Shown here in pieces: positions 7,209-15,567 of a stretch of 30,307 nt of DNA; the first letter of the stretch is position 1, and each line of letters opens with the position of its first letter. Made by a program: the position numbers and the translations under genes. This DNA comes from a virus (Duplodnaviria > Caudoviricetes). The notes beneath the pieces were generated by a model, which saw only the letters and a program-made list of their open reading frames with translations, did no database searches and was not told the DNA's origin. Location of the stretch: the IMG/VR virus record IMGVR_UViG_3300005326_000720, positions 1-30,307 of that record; one strand, written 5' to 3'.

Positions 7209-7817
7209 TCACTCACCGGCTTTGACACCGGTGAACTTCAGACCGAAGTTCTGCTGGGTGAATACCACGGGGGTCTCTGCCTTCCCGTCATTCAGGCCGA
7301 AGTCCTTGGTCGTTTCTGCCCCGGTGATGATCGACAGGATATGGTCTCCGGGAGTCCGGTATTTCTGCGGGATCCAGAACGAGATCGGGATCTTCTCACC
7401 GATTGTCCGTGCCTTGTAGTTCTGCATCGCGTTGTCTTTCAGGGGTTCGTTGTCCATGAAGATGGAATAGAAACCGCTGCCGGTCACGAGCACCTGGAGA
7501 TCTGCGTACAGCTCAGGCACCTGGTTGACATCGCAGAAGAATGACGGACCGGGAATATGAGCGGCTGCTGAATCTCCGTAGATACCGAGAATTGTGACCT
7601 TGGCGTCCGGAAGCCTGCCTTCAGTAGTTTTCACGGGCTCGGTCGTGACTGGTGTCGGTAATGCTGCGATCGGGGCTGCCGCTGCCGGTGTTGCCGCTGC
7701 GGGCGCGGTTGTGGTCGTTGCAGTCGCTGTCGTTGCGGCTTTCTTCCCAGTGAAGTACCCAATGATCGCGGTAATTGCTGGCACCACGATCAGTTCGATG
7801 AGTTCAAGTATTTCCAT
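7209..7817 (-). CDS. Membrane-anchored protein: N-terminal TM, Thr/Ala/Pro linker, beta-rich domain
   Basis: LIELIVVPAITAIIGYFTG followed by KAATTATATTTTAPAAATPAAAAP; preceded by the late motif. Confidence 0.75.
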   Translation of the reverse strand: MEILELIELIVVPAITAIIGYFTGKKAATTATATTTTAPAAATPAAAAPIAALPTPVTTEPVKTTEGRLPDAKVTILGIYGDSAAAHIPGPSFFCDVNQVPELYADLQVLVTGSGFYSIFMDNEPLKDNAMQNYKARTIGEKIPISFWIPQKYRTPGDHILSIITGAETTKDFGLNDGKAETPVVFTQQNFGLKFTGVKAGE

Positions 7818-7842
7818 GAGTCCCCGTGGCTTCGGGCGGGTT

Positions 7843-7855
7843 ATAAAAAAAAGTC
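7843..7855 (-). promoter_or_regulatory. Late motif copy (GACTTTTTTTTAT)
   Basis: G of GAC is 38 nt upstream of ATG 7817. Confidence 0.65.
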
Positions 7856-7865
7856 GAAAAAGGGA

Positions 7866-8678
7866 TTATGCAAACTCCTCGATAATGATTATTCCCGGCT
7901 TGCCCGCAGAACCATTTGCTCGTTGGGATACGGTGCCGATTCCCCCGCACCCGTATTCACCCTCGCCAAAAACCGCAGTAGCACGGTAGCCATGGAACAC
8001 CCGCATTGATTTTGTATAATTAAAATCCCCATTGACCCCCACAGCGCTTGTCCTATCAGTATAAAGGATCGTGTTGGAATCTGCTGCTGCCCCGCACACT
8101 CCCTTGGACCCTTTATACGTCGTCGCCCCGATTATGAGCGTCGTATCTGTCCCATCGGTCCCGGGTTGAGAGACCGTGTCCTGCCCCACGTTGAACACTC
8201 CCCCCGTCCCAGCGGCTCCCACAACGTACGCATACGGTGTCGATGGGTTGCATGCGACTATTTTCTCGCAATATCCCCCGGCTTGTCCCGGGAAAACATA
8301 ATATGAACTTGGCCCCATCGAACTGTAAGTGCCCCCACCCCCCCCAATGAGAGTTATGCGTAAGGTGTGGGTTTTTGCATCGGTGGTAAAATTCCCCGAT
8401 TCGCTGGTTAATATGGTCCTCCTGATATACGCCCCCGTTAGGGGTTTTGCATCCACAGCGGCTTTCGTAAATGCCGTTGTTGCGATCTGGGTCGTGTTCG
8501 TCCCCGGTTCAGCGGTTGGTGCAGTTGGCTCTCCAGTAAGTACTGGCGATGCACGGGGAGCTTTCGCTGCCACCTCAGTGTCGATCGTGTCGAAATTCTC
8601 GTTGATCTCATCGTCCCATCCTTCTTCGTCGAAAAGCGGCTTGTAGAGATCCAAGTTCGGCGTGCGTGTCCCGACCAT
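7866..8678 (-). CDS. Tail fibre / receptor-binding protein with glycine-rich C-terminal domain
   Basis: N-terminus TPNLDLYKP..WDDEINENFDTID; fibre repeat KAPRASPVLTGEPTAPTA..TNTTQIATTAF; Gly-rich domain ITLIGGGGG...YVVGAAG...GKPGIIIIEEF. Confidence 0.85.
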   Translation of the reverse strand: MVGTRTPNLDLYKPLFDEEGWDDEINENFDTIDTEVAAKAPRASPVLTGEPTAPTAEPGTNTTQIATTAFTKAAVDAKPLTGAYIRRTILTSESGNFTTDAKTHTLRITLIGGGGGTYSSMGPSSYYVFPGQAGGYCEKIVACNPSTPYAYVVGAAGTGGVFNVGQDTVSQPGTDGTDTTLIIGATTYKGSKGVCGAAADSNTILYTDRTSAVGVNGDFNYTKSMRVFHGYRATAVFGEGEYGCGGIGTVSQRANGSAGKPGIIIIEEFA

Positions 8679-9068
8679 CTACGCCACCACCCGGGCCGAA
8701 AAGAAGGGCTTCATCTCGAAAATTGCACCGGTACTTGCACCGATTATTACCGGGGATCTCACTTCCCTGCAGAGGATCACGCCATTGGAATGAGCGTTCA
8801 CGATCACAAACTCGGTAATCGGAGTGTCGACTGAAACGGTCCCCTGCGGCACCGTCAGCGAGCAGGTAAGATTCGCACCATTGCGGGTGAGGACGAACGG
8901 TGCACGGAATATCTCTGCTTCAAGAGCAGCATCGGCATTCGTTGGTTTTGTCGTACCGGTACCAATACCCATCTCAGTGAACGGCAATGCACCAGCCACA
9001 CCGAAAGCATTTTTTGCCACCTCTGCCTGCCCGAGCAGCGTGTACGCAAATCCTGGTCCTATTGTCAT
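8679..9068 (-). CDS. Tail-collar / fibre attachment protein
   Basis: MGIGTGTTKPTNADAALEAEIFR matches the collar-domain pattern; located between baseplate and fibre. Confidence 0.7.
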   Translation of the reverse strand: MTIGPGFAYTLLGQAEVAKNAFGVAGALPFTEMGIGTGTTKPTNADAALEAEIFRAPFVLTRNGANLTCSLTVPQGTVSVDTPITEFVIVNAHSNGVILCREVRSPVIIGASTGAIFEMKPFFSARVVA

Positions 9069-9090
9069 GCAGGAAGAGTCCCAAAAAAAG

Positions 9091-9106
9091 GAGATAAAGA
9101 AAAGTC
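9091..9106 (-). promoter_or_regulatory. Late motif copy (GACTTTTCTTTATCTC)
   Basis: 38 nt upstream of ATG 9068. Confidence 0.75.
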
Positions 9107-9111
9107 GAAAA

Positions 9112-9864
9112 TCAGGGAATCGGGGTCACGACTGTTTCATCGTGATCGATTGCTATACCGTCGCCACCCCACGGGCTGGACCCCCATTTCTGCCGGCCCC
9201 AACCGGGAGGTGATGACGCTGGCAGGATCATCGTGCCGGACTCGTACCCGATCTCGATCTCTGCGATGAGGTGCAGGTCCAACTCGACACCGGTCTCTGT
9301 CAGGACAAAGGTCGTTTCATCGGCCAGGAACAGAATCGCTACGGCTTTCGCTTTCTCGATCGCTTCGTATAGTGCCGGCAACGATATCGGCCCAGTGGGA
9401 GGGGTGTAGAACACGATCTTGAATTGCCCGACTTTGTATGATCCACCCCACGGACTGTTGCCCCATTTCTGATGGCCCCATCCGCTTCCGGTTCCCTGGG
9501 CATTCGGGTTCTCCAGCACCTCGAACTCATCAGTCGTGTAGCCGGTCAAATAGCAGATGATCGCTTCGAGATCCGCTTTCGTCCCGCTCGAACTTTGCAG
9601 CCACCGGAGAATACCGGCCCGCGATCGGAAATCCTCATCGGATTCTCCTAGCAACCGGGCGATACCGATCAGGTCCACCACGCGATCGAGCTGGATCCCG
9701 GTGGCCTGGGTGAGCTGGTGGGCAGTCTGGACCTGCAGGGTGGCAGCCACGAGTTCGTCAATTTCATCGGAGATGACGGAAATGAACTTTGCGAGGTTCG
9801 AGCCGGGGACTTTCGAGAATGCGCTGGAAAGCCGGTTCTGGATATCTGCTGTCCGGGCCATCAC
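9112..9864 (-). CDS. Baseplate wedge protein (DUF2612/gpI-like)
   Basis: ATGIQLDRVVDLIGIARLLGESDEDFRSR...SSGT; directly follows baseplate J. Confidence 0.75.
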   Translation of the reverse strand: MMARTADIQNRLSSAFSKVPGSNLAKFISVISDEIDELVAATLQVQTAHQLTQATGIQLDRVVDLIGIARLLGESDEDFRSRAGILRWLQSSSGTKADLEAIICYLTGYTTDEFEVLENPNAQGTGSGWGHQKWGNSPWGGSYKVGQFKIVFYTPPTGPISLPALYEAIEKAKAVAILFLADETTFVLTETGVELDLHLIAEIEIGYESGTMILPASSPPGWGRQKWGSSPWGGDGIAIDHDETVVTPIP

Positions 9865-10955
9865 ACCACCGTGATCGAATGCGTACCGTTTGTCGCGATC
9901 GAGTTGTCCGGAACAGCCAGGGACTCTCCGAGAGCATCGAGCGTGGTCGTGCCATCGGTAGCGGTCAGGGCATTTACGTTTTCGACGCCGTCAACGTTGG
10001 CGATCGCCCGGATGATATCAGAGTATGCAACATCTTCGGAGATTGCAAGGTTGCCGAAGAACGATACCAGGGCTGCCTGGATGTTGGCGGTGACTTCTTC
10101 CGTGGTGATGGTCGATACTTTCAGCACGGTCACGGTCACTGCGACCGGTACGGGGTCCGGCCGGGCAAGGCTGGCGATGATCCCGCACGGCCGTGTGGCT
10201 GCGATCACTGTGTTGAGATCCCCGTCACTTCCACCGAGCACGTAGCAGGTCACGGTGTGATTGGTGGTGTTTTCAGTGATGAGCACGTCCACAACTCCCT
10301 CAACTGCAGAGAGTGCCTGCTCCATTGCGATCATAGTGGCTTTGGCAGCAGTGGTCGGGACCCGTGTCCGGTACCGGAGCATCGCGTCAGCCTCTGCATC
10401 CGTGCCGTCAACCATAGCAGTTGTATTCGTTACCGTCTCGATCCCCGCGATCGGGTCGATCATGTGGTTGATGATTCCCGTTGTGACGTTCCCGATCGTC
10501 CCGGGCGTGACGCACTCTGCCGGGATATCCACATGGTACTGGCCCGCGACCAGGATGCCCTCTTCGGTTGTCTGGTATACCGGGGACCCGTCAGCGTTTG
10601 CAATCCGGGATCCTGCCGGGATCGTAAATGAGATCTCCGATACTGTGGTCCGGGAGAACCTGACCGTCCCCTTCGCGTTCGTTGCCGGTTTCCGGACAAC
10701 TCCCTGGACTACTGCGATCGCGTCCAGGTTGGTTTTCCGGGACGTGTTCAGGTAGCCGGCGTCATACACGGATTCCAGGACCTGCCAGTACTCAGCAAGT
10801 TCGTACGCCATGCTCTGCAGCAGTTGGCCGGCAAGGGTCGTATCCGACAGGTCAATGTCATCGCCGTATACTTCTCGGACCCGTGCTTCGATCGAGGACG
10901 TGATCGCTGAATATGGCTTGACCACAAATCCCGCATCGGTGACACCGTAGCTCAC
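9861..10955 (-). CDS. Baseplate J/gp47-like protein
   Basis: YGVTDAGFVVK...LDAIA...VRKPAT.A.GTVRF...IPAGS...AEC..PG..GNV...N......GTDAEAD..LR.R. Confidence 0.9.
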   Translation of the reverse strand: MSYGVTDAGFVVKPYSAITSSIEARVREVYGDDIDLSDTTLAGQLLQSMAYELAEYWQVLESVYDAGYLNTSRKTNLDAIAVVQGVVRKPATNAKGTVRFSRTTVSEISFTIPAGSRIANADGSPVYQTTEEGILVAGQYHVDIPAECVTPGTIGNVTTGIINHMIDPIAGIETVTNTTAMVDGTDAEADAMLRYRTRVPTTAAKATMIAMEQALSAVEGVVDVLITENTTNHTVTCYVLGGSDGDLNTVIAATRPCGIIASLARPDPVPVAVTVTVLKVSTITTEEVTANIQAALVSFFGNLAISEDVAYSDIIRAIANVDGVENVNALTATDGTTTLDALGESLAVPDNSIATNGTHSITVV

Positions 10956-11308
10956 AGGGTTTCCTCCAGGAAGATCTGGTCACCGGTTGCCAGGGTGCCG
11001 GAGATCGCAACGACGAGATGGCGATTGTCATCGAACGTGCACTGGACCGGGTCCAGGGATTTCCACCCGGCATACGATGCCAGGGCATTCTGGATCTCGT
11101 TCTTTGCGATCATCAGGTTGCGCTCGGACTCGATGATCGCGACGTGGTCCGTGCCGAACCCGGTATTGAACGGGAGAGAGCCTTTCAACGAGCGCAGGAT
11201 CACGGCGATGTCCTGCATGGCCTTCTCGGTGCCGGAGATGACTGCAATGCGCTTTTTGTCGTCAAGGACCAGATCCCCCGCCGGATTGACTTTGAGGGCG
11301 ATTGTCAT
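10952..11308 (-). CDS. Baseplate W/gp25-like sheath initiator
   Basis: GDLVLD...QDIAVILRSLKGSLPFNTGFGTD. Start MTIALKV (11308) chosen from late-motif spacing. Confidence 0.75.
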   Translation of the reverse strand: MTIALKVNPAGDLVLDDKKRIAVISGTEKAMQDIAVILRSLKGSLPFNTGFGTDHVAIIESERNLMIAKNEIQNALASYAGWKSLDPVQCTFDDNRHLVVAISGTLATGDQIFLEETL

Positions 11309-11329
11309 GCGGGAGAATCGAAGGGCTGG

Positions 11330-11345
11330 ATAAAAAAGGAAGGTC
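11330..11345 (-). promoter_or_regulatory. Late motif variant (GACCTTCCTTTTTTAT)
   Basis: 37 nt upstream of ATG 11308; overlaps the PAAR stop codon. Confidence 0.55.
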
Positions 11346-11664
11346 ACTCGGTGACCGTGACAAAATCCTGCTGGATGGATTGTGCACCGAGCAGTGCATG
11401 GCAGCCGTCCGATCCGGCATCCCCCGCCCGGACGATTGGGATCCCTCCAATCTGGACGAACGAATCACTGTTATGTCCGGCATTGCCACCGCAGCCGTCC
11501 GGTCCGGTATATGCCTGGCCTTTCAGAATAACGGCTTTCCCGGCAATGGTGACGAAATCGTTCAGGGTGTTGTGGATCATTCCGGTACCTCCTCCCAGGT
11601 GCGGAGGAGGGCAATCGGTCCAGATCTCGGTATCTCCATCGACAATGACATTGCGCCCGGTCAT
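11344..11664 (-). CDS. PAAR-like spike-tip protein
   Basis: Three degenerate repeats (RNVIVDGD, VTIAGKAVILKG, VQIGGIPIVRAGD) with Cys/His ligands; directly follows the spike gene. Confidence 0.8.
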   Translation of the reverse strand: MTGRNVIVDGDTEIWTDCPPPHLGGGTGMIHNTLNDFVTIAGKAVILKGQAYTGPDGCGGNAGHNSDSFVQIGGIPIVRAGDAGSDGCHALLGAQSIQQDFVTVTE

Positions 11665-12143
11665 ACCATCTTCACCAGTTTGATATTCGATGCGGTGATC
11701 TCGACATCACCGTTCTCCTTGAACCGGATTGAGGACCCGCTCTTGTGGCTGATCAGGATCTCCCCGGCAACAACAGCCGGCACCGTGTCGCTCTCGGTGT
11801 GGATCCCGGACAAGATGACCGCGTGGTTGAGGTTGTGCTGCACGAGTTCATTGACCGTGATGATATCCCGGTTCCGCAGCTGCTTCTGGATCTCGTATTT
11901 GCTGAACCCGACCGTGACGATATCCCCCACGGTAGGCGCGATGTGGAGGGCGCCGGTGCCGAATGCCTGCAGCGCGATCGGGACGTTCACGAGCTCGATC
12001 TCGTTGTCCTGGATCTTGTGCTTGAGCCGGACGCTCACGCGCCACGTGGCGAGGTTGACCTTCGTGATCCTGCCCAGGGCAAGGGTGTTGACTTTCTCGA
12101 TACGTGAGGCGATCAGGCCCGTGATTTTCTCGGATATGCTCAC
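11661..12143 (-). CDS. Baseplate central spike (gpV/Gp138-like)
   Basis: GRITKVN...LVNVPI...PTVGDIVTVGFS OB-fold; C-terminal HKSGSSIRFKENGDVEITA beta-repeat. Confidence 0.85.
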   Translation of the reverse strand: MSISEKITGLIASRIEKVNTLALGRITKVNLATWRVSVRLKHKIQDNEIELVNVPIALQAFGTGALHIAPTVGDIVTVGFSKYEIQKQLRNRDIITVNELVQHNLNHAVILSGIHTESDTVPAVVAGEILISHKSGSSIRFKENGDVEITASNIKLVKMV

Positions 12144-12958
12144 AGGGGTTTCACCTTCATTTCCGTGCCGAAATCCGATGCATCGCTGGTGTGCGTGTAC
12201 TCGACGACCTTGTATGATCCCGAAGCGCCTGCAGAGCGCGATTGCAGCTCGACCAGGGCGTCAGTAGTCACGCGCCATGTCAGGATCGAGGTGATGGATC
12301 GGGTATATGTCCCGTCATCCGGCTGTTCCGGGACGGTCTCGGAAAGGCCGGTCTCTGATGAGAGGACAATTTTCTCTGCAGAGGGATTGAAAAAATCCAC
12401 GGTGACAAAATACCCAGCGCCCACCTCGACATAGAACTTCGCATCCTTGCGTTTCTTGTCGCTGCCGTTGATCTTTTTCTGACAGTACTGGAGATCTGCG
12501 ATGGCGCTCGTGTCGGAGGTGTACGCATCATCGAGCACGATACCCTGGTCGTCGATCTTGCGGGCCGGGATATCCGACGCGGCGAATGCAGCAGCAATAA
12601 TCGCTGATAGTGCCGTCTTTTTCGGGTAGTTCACCGAAGGCACTCCCGTGGCATATACCTGGTTGATGGCGGTGATCTTTGTGCGGATATCTCCCTGGTC
12701 GCGCTCATCGTAGCATAATTTCACGACCCCGGTGAAAATCTCGCCACAATCACCCATGTGGCCGGACTTCAGCCGGATGCTCTGCCCGGCCTTAATTGCC
12801 GCTTTCGTTGCAGCTGCAAGGTTGTATACCGATATCTCCGCAGTATTAGCATCGCTGGAATTGCTCCCTTTGATCACGAATTCGATATCCAGCTGATCTG
12901 TGGTGATGAGACGGTTCCCCACCTTCAGTTCCGTGTACCGGTTCCACAGATCAGTCAT
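12140..12958 (-). CDS. Baseplate hub protein
   Basis: LDIEFVIK...ANTAEISVYNL...IRLKSG..IFTG...LSSETGL...G.YKV...H. Confidence 0.8.
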   Translation of the reverse strand: MTDLWNRYTELKVGNRLITTDQLDIEFVIKGSNSSDANTAEISVYNLAAATKAAIKAGQSIRLKSGHMGDCGEIFTGVVKLCYDERDQGDIRTKITAINQVYATGVPSVNYPKKTALSAIIAAAFAASDIPARKIDDQGIVLDDAYTSDTSAIADLQYCQKKINGSDKKRKDAKFYVEVGAGYFVTVDFFNPSAEKIVLSSETGLSETVPEQPDDGTYTRSITSILTWRVTTDALVELQSRSAGASGSYKVVEYTHTSDASDFGTEMKVKPL

Positions 12959-13235
12959 AAATAATCCAGACCTCGCAGGTCGATGCGGTTATCGTGTATG
13001 GGAAGACCTGGAAAAGGTCGACGCAGGTAACCGGGTCGCGAGCCGCGATCGGGGTCACCGGCTCGATCCGGGAGTTCAGCACAATGGCGCCGTCTAAATC
13101 CCTGACAATCTGCAGGACCGCGAAACCATCATCCTCCGGGTTCCAGCGATGGTATACCGTGTACGTGATACCATTAATCTGGACCTGCTGCTGCTGCGGA
13201 TATCCGATATCCTGATCGAAAGGCAGGACTATCAT
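12951..13235 (-). CDS. Small baseplate (plug-like) protein
   Basis: YPQQQQVQINGITYTVYHRWN; typical size and position between Dit-like and hub genes. Confidence 0.65.
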   Translation of the reverse strand: MIVLPFDQDIGYPQQQQVQINGITYTVYHRWNPEDDGFAVLQIVRDLDGAIVLNSRIEPVTPIAARDPVTCVDLFQVFPYTITASTCEVWIIYD

Positions 13236-13915
13236 ATCCCCTGCCTCCTGGTATTCATGGCAGCCACGAGTCCCTGGACCTGGTTGGATGCAACGACTGG
13301 GATGATCTTATCGGTATATTCTTTTGCGGTCTCTTCCTTGGTTTTTTCCGGAACGAACGTGAACGCCTTCACGCTCGTAATTTTCAGCGCTCCGCTGCCC
13401 GGGAAAAGTTCTGGTTCTGTCGCTGCACCCAAGCTCTCCTGGACAACCGTACTCGTTTTGATGGTTTCGGACTTCCCGATCCGGATCTGCTGGACCGTGA
13501 TATTCGCGGTCGTGGTCTCTGACGAGTCCTGCCCTTTCAGGTCAGAAAGTTTCTGCAGGACCATGTTGTCGAATGCGCCACGGTAGGTGACAAGCGAGAA
13601 GGGCATCTTCTTTTTGTACAGGTCTTCGAGCAACTCGTATTCGCTGTTGACGTCAAAGAGCTCGATCACGTAATCTATCGTGACCGGATTCTCAACGATA
13701 TTATCGGCGATCTCGCTCTGGTCTTCGATCCGCCGCTTGCTGATCGTTGCCTCCAGGTTAATCCCGGTGGATTTAATCGCCTTGAACTCCTGACCCCCGA
13801 TCAGGATCCTAGTGCTCGATCCGGTGGTCCCTGCTGCCCGGTCCTGCTCGTTGTGCGAGATTCCTGATTCGTAGACCCAGCGAAGGCGGCCGGAGTCGTC
13901 GCGTACCCATGTCAT
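13232..13915 (-). CDS. Dit-like / tube-initiator baseplate protein
   Basis: ISKRRIEDQSEIADNIVENPVTI...PFSLVTYRGAFDNMVLQKL...ITVQQIRI; follows the tape measure. Confidence 0.75.
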   Translation of the reverse strand: MTWVRDDSGRLRWVYESGISHNEQDRAAGTTGSSTRILIGGQEFKAIKSTGINLEATISKRRIEDQSEIADNIVENPVTIDYVIELFDVNSEYELLEDLYKKKMPFSLVTYRGAFDNMVLQKLSDLKGQDSSETTTANITVQQIRIGKSETIKTSTVVQESLGAATEPELFPGSGALKITSVKAFTFVPEKTKEETAKEYTDKIIPVVASNQVQGLVAAMNTRRQGI

Positions 13916-13917
13916 CC

Positions 13918-15516
13918 TTAAGAGGCCCCCGTAAGTTCGCGCTCAATATCCCGCTGTGTCTGTTTCGAGGCCTGTTTTGTTGCTCGATGGAAGAGACTGT
14001 TGACCTGCTTTTCGTCAAGATTTTGGGTATAGATATCCCCGACTTTCACGTCATACCGCACGTCACCGGTCCGTACGGTCCGCGTATTCGAGCTTGCAAT
14101 AATCCGCTCTGCAGTAGGCATAAGGACCGGGGCGGCTGCGTTGGCGATCTGGGCACTGTTGATAGCCATGCCGAGTGGGGTGAACCCCATGGCGAGACCC
14201 GTGATCCGGAACAGCGGGTGATTGGTCACGGAAGACCAGGCGCTGTTCACGGCATCGGGGATCTTGGTGATCCATTCCCAGAGGACCTTAAGTCCGAAGA
14301 TGAGGCCGTCGAACCGCTCTTTCAGGAACGGGACCTCTTTTCCCAGCCACCCGATGAACCGCCCGAGCTGGGAGTTTTCCCATCCCTTGTCGCTGATATC
14401 CCATGCGAGCAGCAGCACACCGGTAAACGCGCCAACGACTGCGATTAGTGGCAGCCATGGTGCAAGGAATGCCCAGCTGGCAGCAGCTCCCCCGTACAGG
14501 GTTGCGGTCAGGCCGGTCGTTGTTGGGATAAGCATGACCTGCATTGCACCCCATAACGTACCGGCGCCGGTCGCCTCAAGCATGTTTTTCTTGAGCATCA
14601 TGAACGATGCCGCAGAGATCAGTGTTGCCGAACCGAGCAGCAACACCCCCGTCGCCAGAATTCCAACTATCCCCAGGGCACCCTTGACCGGTCCCGGGAG
14701 AATACGTAGGCCGTCGATGAACAGGTTCGTCGCTTTCACTACCGATACAATGACCGGCAGTGCACCTGCTGTAATCTCGCGCTGCAGTTCCGCCCAGGAC
14801 ACGTTACTCTTTTGCAGCTGCTCGTTAAGGGATTCCTGCGTGAGATCGACCCGCTTGATAATATCGTCCTGGTGGAGGAGGACCTCGTTGACGAACGCAA
14901 TTTTCTGCTGCTCCATGGTGAGCTTGTCAGCGCTGACACCGATGGTCTGTGCGTATTTCTTATTGGCTGCGTCAACGTCGATTATGATACCCAGGTTATC
15001 GAGCCAGAGCTTTGACTGCCGGGCAGTACCGACCATGAGCGAATTGTAGTAGTAGCTGACATCCCCACCAAGCTGGCGGGCGGCGGCCCGCGCCATCTTG
15101 GCCATGGGGGTGATTGCGTCCTTGTCAATCCCCAGCAACATTGCCAGGTTCGCCTTGTGGATGAGCTCGGTCTCATTGACCACGCCTCCTGATGCGGTCC
15201 GGAGGTCGTCGAGCATTTTATTCGTATTATCCCCCATGTTTTTCCGGAACGTGACCATCGCATCGTTGTACTGGGCGATGTCCTTCGTCCCTTGCTGGTA
15301 GTAGCTGAGGCCGAAAGCACCCCCTACACCCATGGCTGCACCGACTCCCAGGAAGACGTTCCGGTACGAGTCTCCAGCTTTTTTCGCCTCATCTGCGACA
15401 CCGGCAAGGCCAACCTTGGTCTTGTCGACGGCTTTGTCGATACCCGCCAAAGGACCCGTTGCAGCGTCGGCAAGGCCGACCTCTACGAATAGTGATCGAA
15501 GTGCACCCGAACTCAT
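13918..15516 (-). CDS. Tail tape measure protein (532 aa)
   Basis: LRSLFVEVGLADAATGPL N-terminus, Ala/Gly-rich helices, LDNLGIII, several hydrophobic segments, and position in the tail module. Confidence 0.85.
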   Translation of the reverse strand: MSSGALRSLFVEVGLADAATGPLAGIDKAVDKTKVGLAGVADEAKKAGDSYRNVFLGVGAAMGVGGAFGLSYYQQGTKDIAQYNDAMVTFRKNMGDNTNKMLDDLRTASGGVVNETELIHKANLAMLLGIDKDAITPMAKMARAAARQLGGDVSYYYNSLMVGTARQSKLWLDNLGIIIDVDAANKKYAQTIGVSADKLTMEQQKIAFVNEVLLHQDDIIKRVDLTQESLNEQLQKSNVSWAELQREITAGALPVIVSVVKATNLFIDGLRILPGPVKGALGIVGILATGVLLLGSATLISAASFMMLKKNMLEATGAGTLWGAMQVMLIPTTTGLTATLYGGAAASWAFLAPWLPLIAVVGAFTGVLLLAWDISDKGWENSQLGRFIGWLGKEVPFLKERFDGLIFGLKVLWEWITKIPDAVNSAWSSVTNHPLFRITGLAMGFTPLGMAINSAQIANAAAPVLMPTAERIIASSNTRTVRTGDVRYDVKVGDIYTQNLDEKQVNSLFHRATKQASKQTQRDIERELTGAS

Positions 15517-15537
15517 ACAAGGGAGTCAGGAAAAATA

Positions 15538-15553
15538 GAGATAAAGAAAAGTC
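15538..15553 (-). promoter_or_regulatory. Late motif copy (GACTTTTCTTTATCTC)
   Basis: 37 nt upstream of ATG 15516; shares 29 identical bp (TCAGGAAAAATAGAGATAAAGAAAAGTCA on +) with the copy at about 24978-25006. Confidence 0.8.
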
Positions 15554-15567
15554 AATTTATCCGGATC

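Noticed and set aside
7866-8678. Diversity-generating retroelement or invertible tail-fibre system
   Set aside because: No reverse transcriptase, template repeat, invertase or alternative fibre tips seen in the window.
8676-8681. In-frame TAG-ATG between collar and fibre, suggesting amber read-through or pyrrolysine fusion
   Set aside because: The fibre has an SD-like GGTGG and a typical N-terminus. In-frame stop-start abutments also occur with TAA (19859/19858) and TGA (2031/2032). Other TAG stops behave as true stops.
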